Of a stretch of 64,000 nt of DNA, positions 1 through 10,935 are shown in pieces. The notes below the pieces were generated by a model. The model had not been told where the DNA came from, ran no database searches, and saw nothing but the letters and a program-made list of their open reading frames with translations. Both the position numbers and the translations under genes were made by a program. Source of the DNA: Actinomycetota bacterium (GTDB lineage Bacteria; Actinomycetota; Thermoleophilia; Gaiellales; Gaiellaceae); assembly GCA_046728975.1 (NCBI GenBank), contig JBKPFU010000073.1, forward strand, positions 5,095-69,094. The letters run 5' to 3'. Position 1 is the first letter of the stretch. Every line of letters begins with the position of its first letter.

Positions 1-766
1 AGTTGAACTCCCAGCGGAAGAAGGCGTTCACGAGCCGGCTGATCAGCGCCACCTCTCGTTCGAGCTCCGGCGGCAGGAAGTCGCGATCGAGGATGTAGCG
101 GTAGTGGCCGTCCGCGGCCGGATCGAAGTGCATGACCATCGTCTGCGGGCCGATCGAGAGCGAGCGCGTGAAGACGTCGAACTTCTCGACCGCCCCCTGC
201 ACGTGCATCATCCGCTCGCCTGAGTGCTCGTAGGCGTGGCGGAGCTCCGCCGCGTTCGAGATCCTGCTGACGCCGACCCACATGCCCCCGTCGAAGGGCT
301 TCATGTACAGCGGATAGCCCACCCGCTCGCCGATCTCCTCGAGATCGAACGGCGGGTTGTAACGCTCCGCCATCGGCACGTATCGCGGGTTGTCGGGCGG
401 GAGCCGGTGCGGAACCAACCAGGTGTCGGGGACCTTGATCCCGAGGCGGATCATCGCGCAGTACGCAGCGTGCTTCTCCATCGCCTGGAACGTGAACGGG
501 TTGTTGAGCAGGTAGACGTTGTCCATCAGGGCGATCTTCTTCAGCCACTCGCGCGGAAGGTCGTACCACCAGGCCAGGCGGTCGATGACGAGCCCGTAGC
601 GCGGCGTGTAGCGCAGGTCGAAAGGCTCGTTGAGGATGCGCTCGGCCGGAAACTCGTGCGTCTCGCCGCGGTAGCGGACCGGTCCCAAGCGCTCGAGCAC
701 CGTTTCGAACGTAGCCGGCCAGTCCTCCTCGGTTGCCAGCAACAGGCCGATCAGGTGCCGCGCCAC
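1..766 (-). CDS. ATP-grasp-fold ligase-like protein (C-terminus runs off the window edge)
   Basis: Minus-strand open frame absent from the ORF track because it is edge-truncated. GTG at 766..764 follows an in-frame TAG. The translation VARHLIGLLLATEEDW...VGYPLYMKPFDGGMWVGVSRI...MHVQGAVEKFDVF looks like an ATP-grasp core. The + ORF 224..772 is its antisense shadow. Confidence 0.55.
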   Translation of the reverse strand, partial: MARHLIGLLLATEEDWPATFETVLERLGPVRYRGETHEFPAERILNEPFDLRYTPRYGLVIDRLAWWYDLPREWLKKIALMDNVYLLNNPFTFQAMEKHAAYCAMIRLGIKVPDTWLVPHRLPPDNPRYVPMAERYNPPFDLEEIGERVGYPLYMKPFDGGMWVGVSRISNAAELRHAYEHSGERMMHVQGAVEKFDVFTRSLSIGPQTMVMHFDPAADGHYRYILDRDFLPPELEREVALISRLVNAFFRWEFN

Positions 767-1154
767 GGCTAATCGAGTCTATGCCGCGTAACGCCAGAAC
801 GTGGAAAACACGACGTTCTTCACCGTTTCGACGCGGCTTTTTCGTCGGAACGCTGGCGCTCTTGAACTCGCTGCGCCCCAGGGCAACCGCGGCGAGCTGG
901 TCGTCGTCGACCGTGGATTGACCGAAGAAAAGCGGTCACGGGTTGAAGCTGGCGGCCGCAGTGGTTCCCCTGGCAACGCGGTTGCGGGCCAACACCCGCT
1001 TGTGTTCTTCCCCCTCAGAAGATGGAAAGCGACTGATCGGCCACAACCGACCTTCTTTTCCGGCCCCTAGACTCACGCGGCACAATCGCTTAGGGTGGCT
1101 GAGGACTCGCGGCAGCCTAGCTGCCGTCTCTGCGGAAGAGGAGGGTCGAGGAAC

Positions 1155-2789
1155 TTGAAACAACTTTTGAAGACCATTGCACTGACGACCGGTGTCGCCG
1201 TGCTTGTGGCGTCGGCCGGGGCGGGCGCGATGCAAGCCCGAGCTCCGGTGAAACGCGGAATCGATCTTTCGACGTCGGCGGCGATCAAGCGGTACCTCCG
1301 CTCGATCGGCGTCACGCCGCGCGGCGTCGTGATTCAGCGAGGACCGAGGAACTACGCCGGGCCACGGTGCCCGGGGAAGGGCTGGAACTGTACTCGCTCG
1401 TCGCGGGTCGTCCAGATCGCGACCCCGGCACCCGTACGCGGGAGCGCCAGGGCGGTGAGCTTCTCCGCGGCGAAGCCGCCGCCCGGAAACGTGGCGAAGT
1501 GCAGCGTGACGAACTTGACGAAGAGCTGTACCGGCAATGTCGCAAGCTGCACCGCGACCGGGGGAAGCTCGATTGACCAGTCTTGCACCGTGGTCCAGAC
1601 CGCGACTGGAAGCATCTCGAACAGTGCGCAGGTCTCGGAGCGGATCACTCAGTCGGGCCAGCAGGCGCTCCAAGGCAGTCAGTATGCGCAGATCACACAG
1701 ACGAGCGATACCGGCTCGAACAGCGTTCAGCTGGATCTCATTGTCACGCAGTCGGCGACGACGGATGCGGGGAGCGTGTCGCAGAGTCTGAAGAGCTCGC
1801 AGGACTTCGACATCTCGCAGACGTCCAACAGCGGCGCGCAGTCGATCAGGGTCGATCAGTACTCCACGCAGACGGAGACGGCGAACTCGGCGACGACCGG
1901 GACGCAGTTTGCTAGCGGCGACCTGTTCGGCGACATCACACAAACGAGCAGCGGCGTCTCGACCGCGAGGATCAAGCAGGTCCACAGCATCACGCAGAAC
2001 GCGCTGGGCCCGAATGTCGAGCAGACCGCTGTCGACCCCTTCAAGTGCTGCGCGGACCAGAGCGGAAACGCCCGCGACACGCTCGATCTGGTGCAGAACG
2101 GCTCCGTGCAGACGACCGGCGATCCGACCCCGAACATCAGCGCCATCTACGAAGCCGATTGCCAGAGCTCCGGCAACTGCACGGTCACCGAGACGCAAAA
2201 CACGAACGGCACCATCTCGACGAACACGAGCTCCGGCAGCACCGTCAACACGGGCTTCAACTGCACGGGCACCACCTGCACCGAGAGCTCGATTGCGTTC
2301 GATGGCTCGCCGGGAACCGCGGCGCCGCCCGCGACGCTCGGGCCGTACACGATGACCGCTTTCGGTCCCGACGGTCGACCTCTCGGCGAGACGGTCTCGA
2401 ACGTCACCGGTCCCGGGGGCACCGTCGGCTTCTCGCCGTCGCTGACACACGTGCGGGTGGGGCAGGGCTGGGCGACCTGGAGCCACGGTTACACGGGCGA
2501 CGTCTACTACACGGTAGGCACGCAGATCACGCTCACCTTGCCAGCCGGGACGAAGGCGTTCTATTTCTACGCCGAACCGAACACCTTCGACGTCTTCTCG
2601 GTGGAGGCGACGGCGCAGGATGGCACGACCTCAGGGCCGATCCCCGTGCAGGGTGACTCGGGCGCGCAGTACTTCGGCTTCTACGGAACCGGCGATGCGG
2701 CGCTCTCGTCAATCACTGTCACGACCACGGACACGAGCGGGTTCGCAGTCGGCGAGTTCGGGATCAATCCCGCCGCCGTGATCGGCTGA
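1155..2789 (+). CDS. Secreted Q/S/T-rich repeat protein (curlin-like imperfect repeats) with a C-terminal beta-rich domain
   Basis: ORF 1095..2789. An in-frame TTG at 1155 lies about 9 nt after GAGGAGG and gives MKQLLKTIALTTGVAVLVASAGAGAMQARA, a signal peptide. About ten repeats of the type ITQTSxxGSNSxQ follow. GC3 bias is strong. Confidence 0.7.
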   Translation: MKQLLKTIALTTGVAVLVASAGAGAMQARAPVKRGIDLSTSAAIKRYLRSIGVTPRGVVIQRGPRNYAGPRCPGKGWNCTRSSRVVQIATPAPVRGSARAVSFSAAKPPPGNVAKCSVTNLTKSCTGNVASCTATGGSSIDQSCTVVQTATGSISNSAQVSERITQSGQQALQGSQYAQITQTSDTGSNSVQLDLIVTQSATTDAGSVSQSLKSSQDFDISQTSNSGAQSIRVDQYSTQTETANSATTGTQFASGDLFGDITQTSSGVSTARIKQVHSITQNALGPNVEQTAVDPFKCCADQSGNARDTLDLVQNGSVQTTGDPTPNISAIYEADCQSSGNCTVTETQNTNGTISTNTSSGSTVNTGFNCTGTTCTESSIAFDGSPGTAAPPATLGPYTMTAFGPDGRPLGETVSNVTGPGGTVGFSPSLTHVRVGQGWATWSHGYTGDVYYTVGTQITLTLPAGTKAFYFYAEPNTFDVFSVEATAQDGTTSGPIPVQGDSGAQYFGFYGTGDAALSSITVTTTDTSGFAVGEFGINPAAVIG

Positions 2790-2794
2790 ATCAA

Positions 2795-2846
2795 GCGTAG
2801 GCGCTTCCGCGGTGGGTTGCTCGCTTGCCGCGGAAGTGCCCTACGC
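2795..2846. terminator. Compound hairpin between convergent genes (candidate bidirectional terminator)
   Basis: gcgtagg (2795-2801) pairs with cctacgc (2840-2846). cttccgcgg (2804-2812) pairs with ccgcggaag (2828-2836). The outer arm overlaps the stop codon of the 2841..6056 gene. Confidence 0.5.
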
Positions 2847-5800
2847 CAGCGTCTCGATCGACCCTTTCTCGGCCTCCTCGCCGAGCTCGGCGAGCTCCCG
2901 ATCGAGATGATCCACGATCGTCCGCGCGCCCATGCGTGCGAAGGCGGCGCGCGCGCGCTCGAGCTCGGTCCGGGCGCCGCCGAGGTCGCCGAAGGTCTTG
3001 AGTGCGCGTGCCAGTTCGCTCCGCGTCTCACAGACGTCGATCACGAGCTGTTGCTCCTCCATCAGCCGTAGCGCTTCCGCGAACGCCGTCGCCGCAGTCG
3101 TCGGTTCGGCGCTCGCCGTTGCGACAACTGCCTCCCCGACGAGGAGTGCGGCGCGCGCATAGTGGTCCTCCTCGGGGACGCTGCGCGCCGCGAACGCGAT
3201 GAGTTCGCGCGCGTCGTCGACGCGACCACCCCTTACGAGCGTCTCTGCCAGGTGACGATAGATGTCGATCGCGATCCAGCCGCCGCACTCGAGTGCGAGC
3301 GGAAGGGCTGTGCGAAGCTGTTGCTCGGCCTCCTCGACCGCGCCCCGAGCGAGGTCGTAACGCGCCAGTGAGCGCAGGTTCTGGATCTGCAGAAACGTGT
3401 CGCCCGTTCGCTCGAGCCACTCCAGCGCCTGCGCCGCGAGCTGTTCCGCGACCTCCTCCTCGCCTCGGTAGTACTTAACAACGCCGAGCGCGGTCGTTGC
3501 GCGTGCCTCGTCACGGTGGCTGCCCTCCTCACCCGCGAGCGCGACCGCCTGCTCAAACTGCTCTTCCGCTTCTGCGAGCTCTCCGAGATTCATCAGCTCG
3601 CTACCGAGCCGGAGATGGGCCTCCGTCAAGAGCGCGCGGTCACCGTACTCCCTCGCGCGCTCCACTGCAGTCCGAAGGTCGTCTACGGCCGCGGCCGCCT
3701 GACGGTCGAACCAAGCTCGTACATTCGCGAGCTCGAAGCTGACGAGGATCTCGAGGCGGCGGTCGCCGATCTCCCTCGCGATCGCCGCGGCCTCAGATAG
3801 CCGTTGACGTTCTTCGGCGGCTAAACCCTGCTTCCAGTCCACGTTCGCGAGCGTGAGAAGTGCGGCACAGCGAAGAGCGGGCTGATCCGGGTCCGCCGCT
3901 GCCGCTACGACGTCCACGAGCTCGTCACGCGCAAGCTTCAGTTCCCCGCGGCCCACGATCATTCGCGCACGTCGGTAGCGGAGGTCCGCCCGGGTCACGA
4001 CATCGGCCTCGTCGGCGAGCTCGAGCGCACGTGTGTAAAAGCGCTCCGCCTCGCGGAACCCCTCCCGGCGCTCGGCTTTCGCTGCCGCGCGCTTGAGCGC
4101 GGCTACGGCGCGCTCGATGGGTGGCGGCTCGGGCGGGCGCGCGACGGTGCGTGCCGTGAGGCACGCCTGCTCAAGGTGGTACGCCACGATCTCGCTTAGC
4201 TCCTGCTCGCGGCCCGGCAGACCAATTACCCAGTCGGCAAAGCGGCGGTGGAGCACGGCGCGACGCCCTTTCGGGAGCTGGCCGTAAGAGACGTCGCGGA
4301 TCAGGGCGTGCTTGAAGGCGTACGCGCGTTCGTCCGCCATCCGCGAGGCGTCGCCGGGCCGCACGAGGTCACGCCGCTCAAGCTCCGCCAGCGCCTCGTC
4401 GAGATCACCTTCGATCCCGTTCATCGAGGCGACGGCGCCGAGCCAGAACGTGGTGCCGATCACCGAAGCGTTCTGGGCGAGGCGCTTCTCGTTCGCCCCC
4501 AGCTGGTCGAGCCGCGACGCGATCAACGCCTGCAGGTTCGACGGCACCGGGAACTCGTCGCCGTCGGCCGAAGCCCCGGCCTCGGCGAGCATACGCACCG
4601 TCTCCTCCAGGAAGAGCGGGTTTCCACCGGCCGCGTCGAGCAGCCGGTCGACCGGCACCTGGACGCCCTCGGGGACCAGCCGAGCAACCAGTTCGACGCT
4701 GTCTTCGCCGCTGAGCGCATCGAGCTCCAGAACCCGACGCCTGCCGGTCGGGGTGAAAATCGGGAGTGGCGACTCCGCCGCCTCGGGCCTCGCGGTGCCG
4801 AGCACGAGCAGCGGAGCCTCGGCGCTGCTCTCGCCGACGAACGCCAGCAGCTCGAGCAGGGTCGGCTCCGCCCAGTGCAGGTCCTCGATGACGACGACGG
4901 TCGACCGCCGCTCGGCGCGCAGCTCGAGAAGGCGGCGGAGGCCCCAGTGCAGCTCCGATTGGCCAATGTCGGCCGCCGAATACGTGCCGCGGGGTGTCGT
5001 GGCGACGCCCAAGAGGTTCGAGACCGCGGCAGCGATCGTGCGGAGCTCGTCCGGGTCGGAGGTTCCCAGCGTCTCCAGCAGCCCGGCCAGCTTCGCCGTC
5101 GTCGTGTCGCCGTCGTCGTTGCGACGGATCCCTGCGGCGTCCTTGATGATCTCGGCGACGGGCCAGTACGTAATTCCTTCGCCGTACGAGAGGCACCTGC
5201 CCCAGTAAATGTCGCAGCGGTCCTCGAGTCGGCGTACGAGCTCCACCAGCAGTCGGCTCTTGCCGATTCCGGGCGAGCCCAGGATGGTCGCGATACCGAC
5301 GCGCCGCTCCTGGAGAACCGCGTCGCAGAACGACGAGAGCTCCTCGAGCTCCACGTCGCGCCCGACGAGTGGCATCTCGACGACCGGTGTGCCGGGGGCG
5401 CCGTCCCGCGCACGAAGTACCTCCCAGACGGCTACGGGCGCCGACTTTCCCTTCGCCTGCAACGGCTCCACTTCGCGGAATTCGAATAGCCCCTTCGCGG
5501 CGAGGTAGGTCTGTTCACCTACGAGGATGCCATCGGTCGGCGCACCGGACTGGATTCGAGCAGCGGTGTTCAGCACGTCTCCCGCCGCCGACCACTCCCC
5601 CTCGGCCACACGCGCACCCAGCATGACGAGCGCCTCACCGGTATGGATTCCGATCCGGATGTGGAGGTCGAGCCACTCATCTGCGGCGTTTAGGTCGGCA
5701 ATTGCCTCACGAACGGCTAGGCCGGCGCGAATCGCGCGCTCCGGGTCGTCTTCGTGCGCCTTCGGCGTTCCGAAGAGCGCGAGCACGGCATCGCCGCTGA

Positions 5801-6056
5801 ACTTCTCGAACGTGCCTCCGTGTCCCTCGAGCTCGGCGCGCACCCGCGCGTGGTACGGAGCGACGAGTTCCTTCACGTCTTCGGGGTCGAGCTGCTCGGA
5901 CCGCGCGGTCGAGCCGACGAGGTCGACGAAAATCGCGGTGATGACCTTTCGCTCTTCGCCCGGCGACGGCGGCGCCTCGGCCATTGCCGTGCCGCAGGCG
6001 AGGCAGAACTTTGCCTGCTGCGGGTTCTCGGTGCCGCATGCGGTGCAAAAGGGCAT
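2841..6056 (-). CDS. Zn-ribbon / class III adenylate-guanylate cyclase / STAND AAA ATPase / TPR protein (paralog 1)
   Basis: 1071 aa. N-terminal CTACG..FCLACG zinc ribbon. Cyclase motifs FVDLVGST, EKFSGDAVLALFG and NTAARIQ. Walker A GSPGIGKSRLL. HWAEPTLLELL and GNPLFLEETVRML blocks, then a long helical TPR-like C-terminus. Confidence 0.9.
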   Translation of the reverse strand: MPFCTACGTENPQQAKFCLACGTAMAEAPPSPGEERKVITAIFVDLVGSTARSEQLDPEDVKELVAPYHARVRAELEGHGGTFEKFSGDAVLALFGTPKAHEDDPERAIRAGLAVREAIADLNAADEWLDLHIRIGIHTGEALVMLGARVAEGEWSAAGDVLNTAARIQSGAPTDGILVGEQTYLAAKGLFEFREVEPLQAKGKSAPVAVWEVLRARDGAPGTPVVEMPLVGRDVELEELSSFCDAVLQERRVGIATILGSPGIGKSRLLVELVRRLEDRCDIYWGRCLSYGEGITYWPVAEIIKDAAGIRRNDDGDTTTAKLAGLLETLGTSDPDELRTIAAAVSNLLGVATTPRGTYSAADIGQSELHWGLRRLLELRAERRSTVVVIEDLHWAEPTLLELLAFVGESSAEAPLLVLGTARPEAAESPLPIFTPTGRRRVLELDALSGEDSVELVARLVPEGVQVPVDRLLDAAGGNPLFLEETVRMLAEAGASADGDEFPVPSNLQALIASRLDQLGANEKRLAQNASVIGTTFWLGAVASMNGIEGDLDEALAELERRDLVRPGDASRMADERAYAFKHALIRDVSYGQLPKGRRAVLHRRFADWVIGLPGREQELSEIVAYHLEQACLTARTVARPPEPPPIERAVAALKRAAAKAERREGFREAERFYTRALELADEADVVTRADLRYRRARMIVGRGELKLARDELVDVVAAAADPDQPALRCAALLTLANVDWKQGLAAEERQRLSEAAAIAREIGDRRLEILVSFELANVRAWFDRQAAAAVDDLRTAVERAREYGDRALLTEAHLRLGSELMNLGELAEAEEQFEQAVALAGEEGSHRDEARATTALGVVKYYRGEEEVAEQLAAQALEWLERTGDTFLQIQNLRSLARYDLARGAVEEAEQQLRTALPLALECGGWIAIDIYRHLAETLVRGGRVDDARELIAFAARSVPEEDHYARAALLVGEAVVATASAEPTTAATAFAEALRLMEEQQLVIDVCETRSELARALKTFGDLGGARTELERARAAFARMGARTIVDHLDRELAELGEEAEKGSIETLA

Positions 6057-6127
6057 AGCGGAAGCGTACGCCTAGCACGCGCAGGCTTGGTAGAGGAATC
6101 TCTACCTATGCCGAATCAAGGCGGGCG

Positions 6128-7264
6128 CTAGGCGGCCTCCGGTGCCGCACGGCTCTGTGCGGCCACCAAGGTAGCCAGGCAGATTCCGGCCATGACTAGG
6201 TAGGGCACAGCGTCTCCAGTCGCGTCCGCGAGCGCTCCACCCGCGGCCGGTCCGATGAGCGCGCCGACCGCCCAGCAGGCGTTCATGACTCCGAAGGCGA
6301 GCCCCTGGGCGATGCCGAGCCTCTCGGCGCCGTCGGAGATGATCGCCAGGGCCGGCGTGTAGAAGCTGCCATAGGCGATTCCCGCCGCGAGCACGAGCAC
6401 GACGATCAGCTCGGGTCGCCCCGCCAAGGCCAGCGCGATTGAGACGATCACCGATCCGATGAGCGCCATCCGCACCGGTTGCAATCGGCCGCGCCGGTCG
6501 GAGTAGCGGCCGATCATCGGATTGAGCACGACCTCGAGCGCGGTCGTCGCCAGAAAGACGGCGCCGATCGCGATCGCGCGCCAGCCGAAGTCGCCGAGCC
6601 GGAGCGGCACGAGCACGACCAGCACACCGAAGAGCAGCGCCGGGAGCGTGATCAGCCACAGCCCCGCCGCGAACTGAGGTTCGGTCAGGGCCTTTCGCGC
6701 ACGCGCGAGCGACTGCGGCTCGGCGGGGGTCCCCTCGGTGGAGGCCGCGGCCACAAGCAGGGCGAGGCCGAGGACGGCGACAACGACGAATGACCACCGC
6801 GCGCCGACGACTCCCGCTGCGCCGCCGAGCGCCGGGCCCAACAGCGCGCCGAACACGGCCGCGCCCATCGCACCGCCGAGGAGCTCCCCTCGGCGTTCTC
6901 GCGGCGCGGCCGAAATCAGCCACGCAAGGCCGCCGGCCCAAGAAAAGACGCTCCCGATTCCCTGGAGGAGCCGTGAAGCCCCGAGCGTCCAAACGTCTCC
7001 GGCGACCGCGAAACCGACGCTGGCGATCGACATCAGCACGAGGCCGCCCAGCACGGCGGGCTTCGGCCCGAAACGCGCCGCCGCTAGACCGCCGGGGACG
7101 GCAGCGAGCAGGGCCCCCGCGGCGTACGTGCCCATCAGCACGCCCGCGCCGCTCTTCGACAGGCCGAATTCGTCCGCGTAATGCGGCAGCAGCGGCGTCA
7201 AGACCGCGAACAGCATCGTGTCCGTCGCGATGATCGCGCTCACGAGGACGAGCAGCCGGCGCAC
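6128..7264 (-). CDS. MFS transporter
   Basis: 378 aa with about 12 hydrophobic segments and an MFS loop motif GRYSDRRGR. Confidence 0.85.
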   Translation of the reverse strand: MRRLLVLVSAIIATDTMLFAVLTPLLPHYADEFGLSKSGAGVLMGTYAAGALLAAVPGGLAAARFGPKPAVLGGLVLMSIASVGFAVAGDVWTLGASRLLQGIGSVFSWAGGLAWLISAAPRERRGELLGGAMGAAVFGALLGPALGGAAGVVGARWSFVVVAVLGLALLVAAASTEGTPAEPQSLARARKALTEPQFAAGLWLITLPALLFGVLVVLVPLRLGDFGWRAIAIGAVFLATTALEVVLNPMIGRYSDRRGRLQPVRMALIGSVIVSIALALAGRPELIVVLVLAAGIAYGSFYTPALAIISDGAERLGIAQGLAFGVMNACWAVGALIGPAAGGALADATGDAVPYLVMAGICLATLVAAQSRAAPEAA

Positions 7265-7447
7265 CGAGCGCGAAGCTATCAGCCGCCGCCTTCGTGGCCG
7301 AAGTCACTAACTTCAGCGGTTTCCAGCCGTTTAACACCTTCGGTAGGTCGGGAGAAGAACCGACCGTGGGTGCGGTGCTCGCGCCGCAGAGCGCACTGCG
7401 CCCGCCAGAAGAACTGTGGCCATTCACCGAAGAAAGGGGTCTTCTTC

Positions 7448-8020
7448 GTGCACAACAAGGCAGGCTTTCTCGCGCTCGCGCTGTGCGTCGCGCTCGCTGG
7501 GGCGCTCGCGGCAGCCGCCGTCGCACGGGCGCGGCAGGACGCCCACACCGCGTCCGGCTTCTCGGGCGCCGCGTTGACGGCCTATTCGGCCCGGCATCGG
7601 GCGCCGGTCAATCCCCGTCTCACCCGCCGCTTCCGCCAAACCGCGTGGCATTGGGAGTCCGTGATGGGGCAGAAGCGCACACGTTTCGCGTCGCCCTTAC
7701 ACACCCGGCGCGCGCTCGCCTTCTGGCGCACCCACGCTGGTCGGGTTCGCCGCCAGGCAGGGCGGCCGCCGCATCGCTTTGCGTGGCTCTGCATCCACCG
7801 CTACGAAGGGAGCTGGAGCGACTTCGGCGAGCCCTACTGGGGCGGTCTCCAGATGGACCGCAGCTTCATGCTCCGCTACGCACCGGCCGCGCTCCTGCGG
7901 CGAGGCTGGGCGAACCGCTGGAGCGCGCTCGAGCAGATGTGGGTGGCCGAGCGGGCCTATCGCAGCGGGCGCGGCTTCTACCCGTGGCCGCACACCGCAC
8001 GGGTATGCGGTTTGATCTAG
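7448..8020 (+). CDS. Secreted transglycosylase-like (Rpf-type) domain protein
   Basis: In-frame GTG at 7448 inside ORF 7181..8020 gives the signal peptide VHNKAGFLALALCVALAGALAAAAVA. The C-terminus CIHRYEGSWSDFGEPYWGGLQMD...EQMWVAERAY...CGL matches the CxxxESggxW / YyGGLQ pattern of Rpf/transglycosylase-like domains. Confidence 0.65.
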   Translation: MHNKAGFLALALCVALAGALAAAAVARARQDAHTASGFSGAALTAYSARHRAPVNPRLTRRFRQTAWHWESVMGQKRTRFASPLHTRRALAFWRTHAGRVRRQAGRPPHRFAWLCIHRYEGSWSDFGEPYWGGLQMDRSFMLRYAPAALLRRGWANRWSALEQMWVAERAYRSGRGFYPWPHTARVCGLI

Positions 8021-8060
8021 ATGAATGAGCTGTCGCAAAAGCGGGGATAACGTTTGACCG

Positions 8061-9110
<1,050 letters not shown>

Positions 9111-9114
9111 CCCG

Positions 9115-10935
9115 CTAGCGAAGCGCGACCGCGAAGAGGCCGCCGAGCACGGCGATACCCACGACCAGCCAGGTGACGTAGTCGCCGATCACGCCGCTGT
9201 GCAGCGCGCGCAGCGCGCCGGCACCCGGTTGGAGGCGTGACAGGCCGCGCCGGATCGGCGCGGTCGCTCGCTCTCGGTTCAGCGCCGCGAGCGCGAGGAG
9301 GACGGCGCCGACCGCTGAAGCCATCCCCCAGAGGACGCTGGCCGTGGGAAGCTGGAGCAGATCGAAGTTCAACACCGGCGGATGCTCCGTGCGTCCTTGC
9401 AGGACCGCTGCGACGTAGCCATGCGTGTCCTGGAAGTGGTGGGCTGCCTCCTCGGCGTGCTGCTCGAGCCCCGGGACGAGGCTGAGGCCCGCGCCCGCAA
9501 TCGCGAGCGCCGCCGCGGGGGCGAGCATCAGCGCCGTGCTGCGGGACGGGGCCGATTCGACCTCGCGCTCCTCGTCCGGCTCGGGCGATAGGTATGGCTC
9601 ATCCGTAGCGCCGCGGCCGAGGAAGACACGGCCGGCGGCGCGGAGCATCGCGCCCGAGGTGACGATCGAGGCGATCGTGATCACCACCGGCACCCAGTGG
9701 TAATGAAGCTGCGACGCGCCCTCCTCGATCAAGGACTTGCCCATGAACGTTCCCAGCGGGGGCGGCCCTGCGATCGCAACCGCGCAGAGCCCGAACACGA
9801 CGCCGGTCGGCGCCAGCTCCTGGGCGCGGCCGCGTAAGTTGAGCTCGTCGACGCTGCCGGCGCGGTAGAGCAGGATGCCGACGCAGAGGAAAAGCGCACC
9901 CTTCAGCAGCCCGTGCGAGAGAACGTAGACGCCCGAGCCCGCGAGGCCCTGTTCCGACAGCAGGGCCACGCCGATCAGGAAGATGCCCGCATGGCCGATC
10001 GTGGAGTAGGCGAGCAGGCGCTTAAGGTGGCGCTGGAGGAAGCACATCGTGGCGCCGAGCAACGCACCCAGCGTCCCGAACCCGAGCAGGATGGCGCGAA
10101 AGCCCGGCCCGTGTGTTTCGGGCACGTCGGCGAAGGCAGTCCAATAGACGCGCGCGGCGCCGTACACGCCGAGCTCGACCATGATTCCGGAGAAGAGGAC
10201 GCAGACCGGGGTGGGGGCGACCGCGTGCGCATCCGCGAGCCAGAAATGGAAGGGCACGACCGCCGCCTTCACGAGCAGCCCGCCCATGAGGAGGGCGAAC
10301 GCGGCCACCACCAGGCCGTCCGCCTTGTGCCCTCCGAGCGCCTGGCCGAGCTGGGCGAGGTTGAGCGCGCCCGTCCGCGCGTACAGCAGGCCGATCCCGA
10401 AGAGGATGCAGAACGACCCGACGCTGTTCGTGATTGCGAAGTTGATCGCGCCCTGGAGCGGGCTCGCCTCTTCCACCCGGTAGCCGGTGAGCGCGTAGGC
10501 GGCGACGCTCATCAGCTCGAACCAGACGAACATGTTGAACAGGTCGCCCGAGAGCGCGAATCCCGACATTGCGGCCAGGAAGACGAGCATCAGGACGTGG
10601 AACAGCGTCCCGACCTCGTCGAAGTACCGCCAGGAGAAGACGAGCGACGCGGTCACGAGCGTGCCGGCGAGCGCCGCTATGGCAGCGCCAAAGGCGTCGA
10701 TCGTGAAGGAGATCCCGAGCGCGACGCCGTCGCGCGGAGCCCAGCCGCCGAACCAGTAGACGACGTAGTGGTCGGCGGCGTGTGCGAGCAGCACGAGCGA
10801 GATCACAGCGGCCGCGCCCGCGGCGGCGATGCCGACGAGGTCGTCGAGCCGAACCGGCAGGAAATGGCCGAATGCAGTCAGGAACGCCGCCGCGAGCAGC
10901 GGGATCGCGACCGGCAGCGGCGCGAGGACGTCCAT
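9115..10935 (-). CDS. mrpD: Mrp/Mnh antiporter subunit D (NuoN/NuoM-like proton-pumping subunit)
   Basis: Internal ATG at 10935 (MDVLAPLPVAIPLL...) within ORF 9115..11418. It overlaps the mrpC stop by 1 nt (TGATG). Polytopic membrane protein with WFELMSVAAYAL and HFWLADAH blocks typical of NuoL/M/N-type subunits. Confidence 0.85.
   Translation of the reverse strand: MDVLAPLPVAIPLLAAAFLTAFGHFLPVRLDDLVGIAAAGAAAVISLVLLAHAADHYVVYWFGGWAPRDGVALGISFTIDAFGAAIAALAGTLVTASLVFSWRYFDEVGTLFHVLMLVFLAAMSGFALSGDLFNMFVWFELMSVAAYALTGYRVEEASPLQGAINFAITNSVGSFCILFGIGLLYARTGALNLAQLGQALGGHKADGLVVAAFALLMGGLLVKAAVVPFHFWLADAHAVAPTPVCVLFSGIMVELGVYGAARVYWTAFADVPETHGPGFRAILLGFGTLGALLGATMCFLQRHLKRLLAYSTIGHAGIFLIGVALLSEQGLAGSGVYVLSHGLLKGALFLCVGILLYRAGSVDELNLRGRAQELAPTGVVFGLCAVAIAGPPPLGTFMGKSLIEEGASQLHYHWVPVVITIASIVTSGAMLRAAGRVFLGRGATDEPYLSPEPDEEREVESAPSRSTALMLAPAAALAIAGAGLSLVPGLEQHAEEAAHHFQDTHGYVAAVLQGRTEHPPVLNFDLLQLPTASVLWGMASAVGAVLLALAALNRERATAPIRRGLSRLQPGAGALRALHSGVIGDYVTWLVVGIAVLGGLFAVALR

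Noticed and set aside
936-2486. 516-aa minus-strand ORF
   Set aside because: It is exactly antisense to the secreted repeat-protein gene. It is R/A/G/P-rich low-complexity sequence with no motifs, a typical high-GC shadow ORF.
7265-7447. c-di-AMP (ydaO-type) riboswitch in the ~180-nt leader of the Rpf-like gene
   Set aside because: This was expected by analogy with actinobacterial rpf genes. I found only local hairpins (gaagt-cacta-acttc; gccgaag/cttcggt), and the conserved ACGGGGA / GAAUC / AGCUAACCUCGUAAGCG-type blocks do not appear in the right order. It needs a covariance-model scan before any call.
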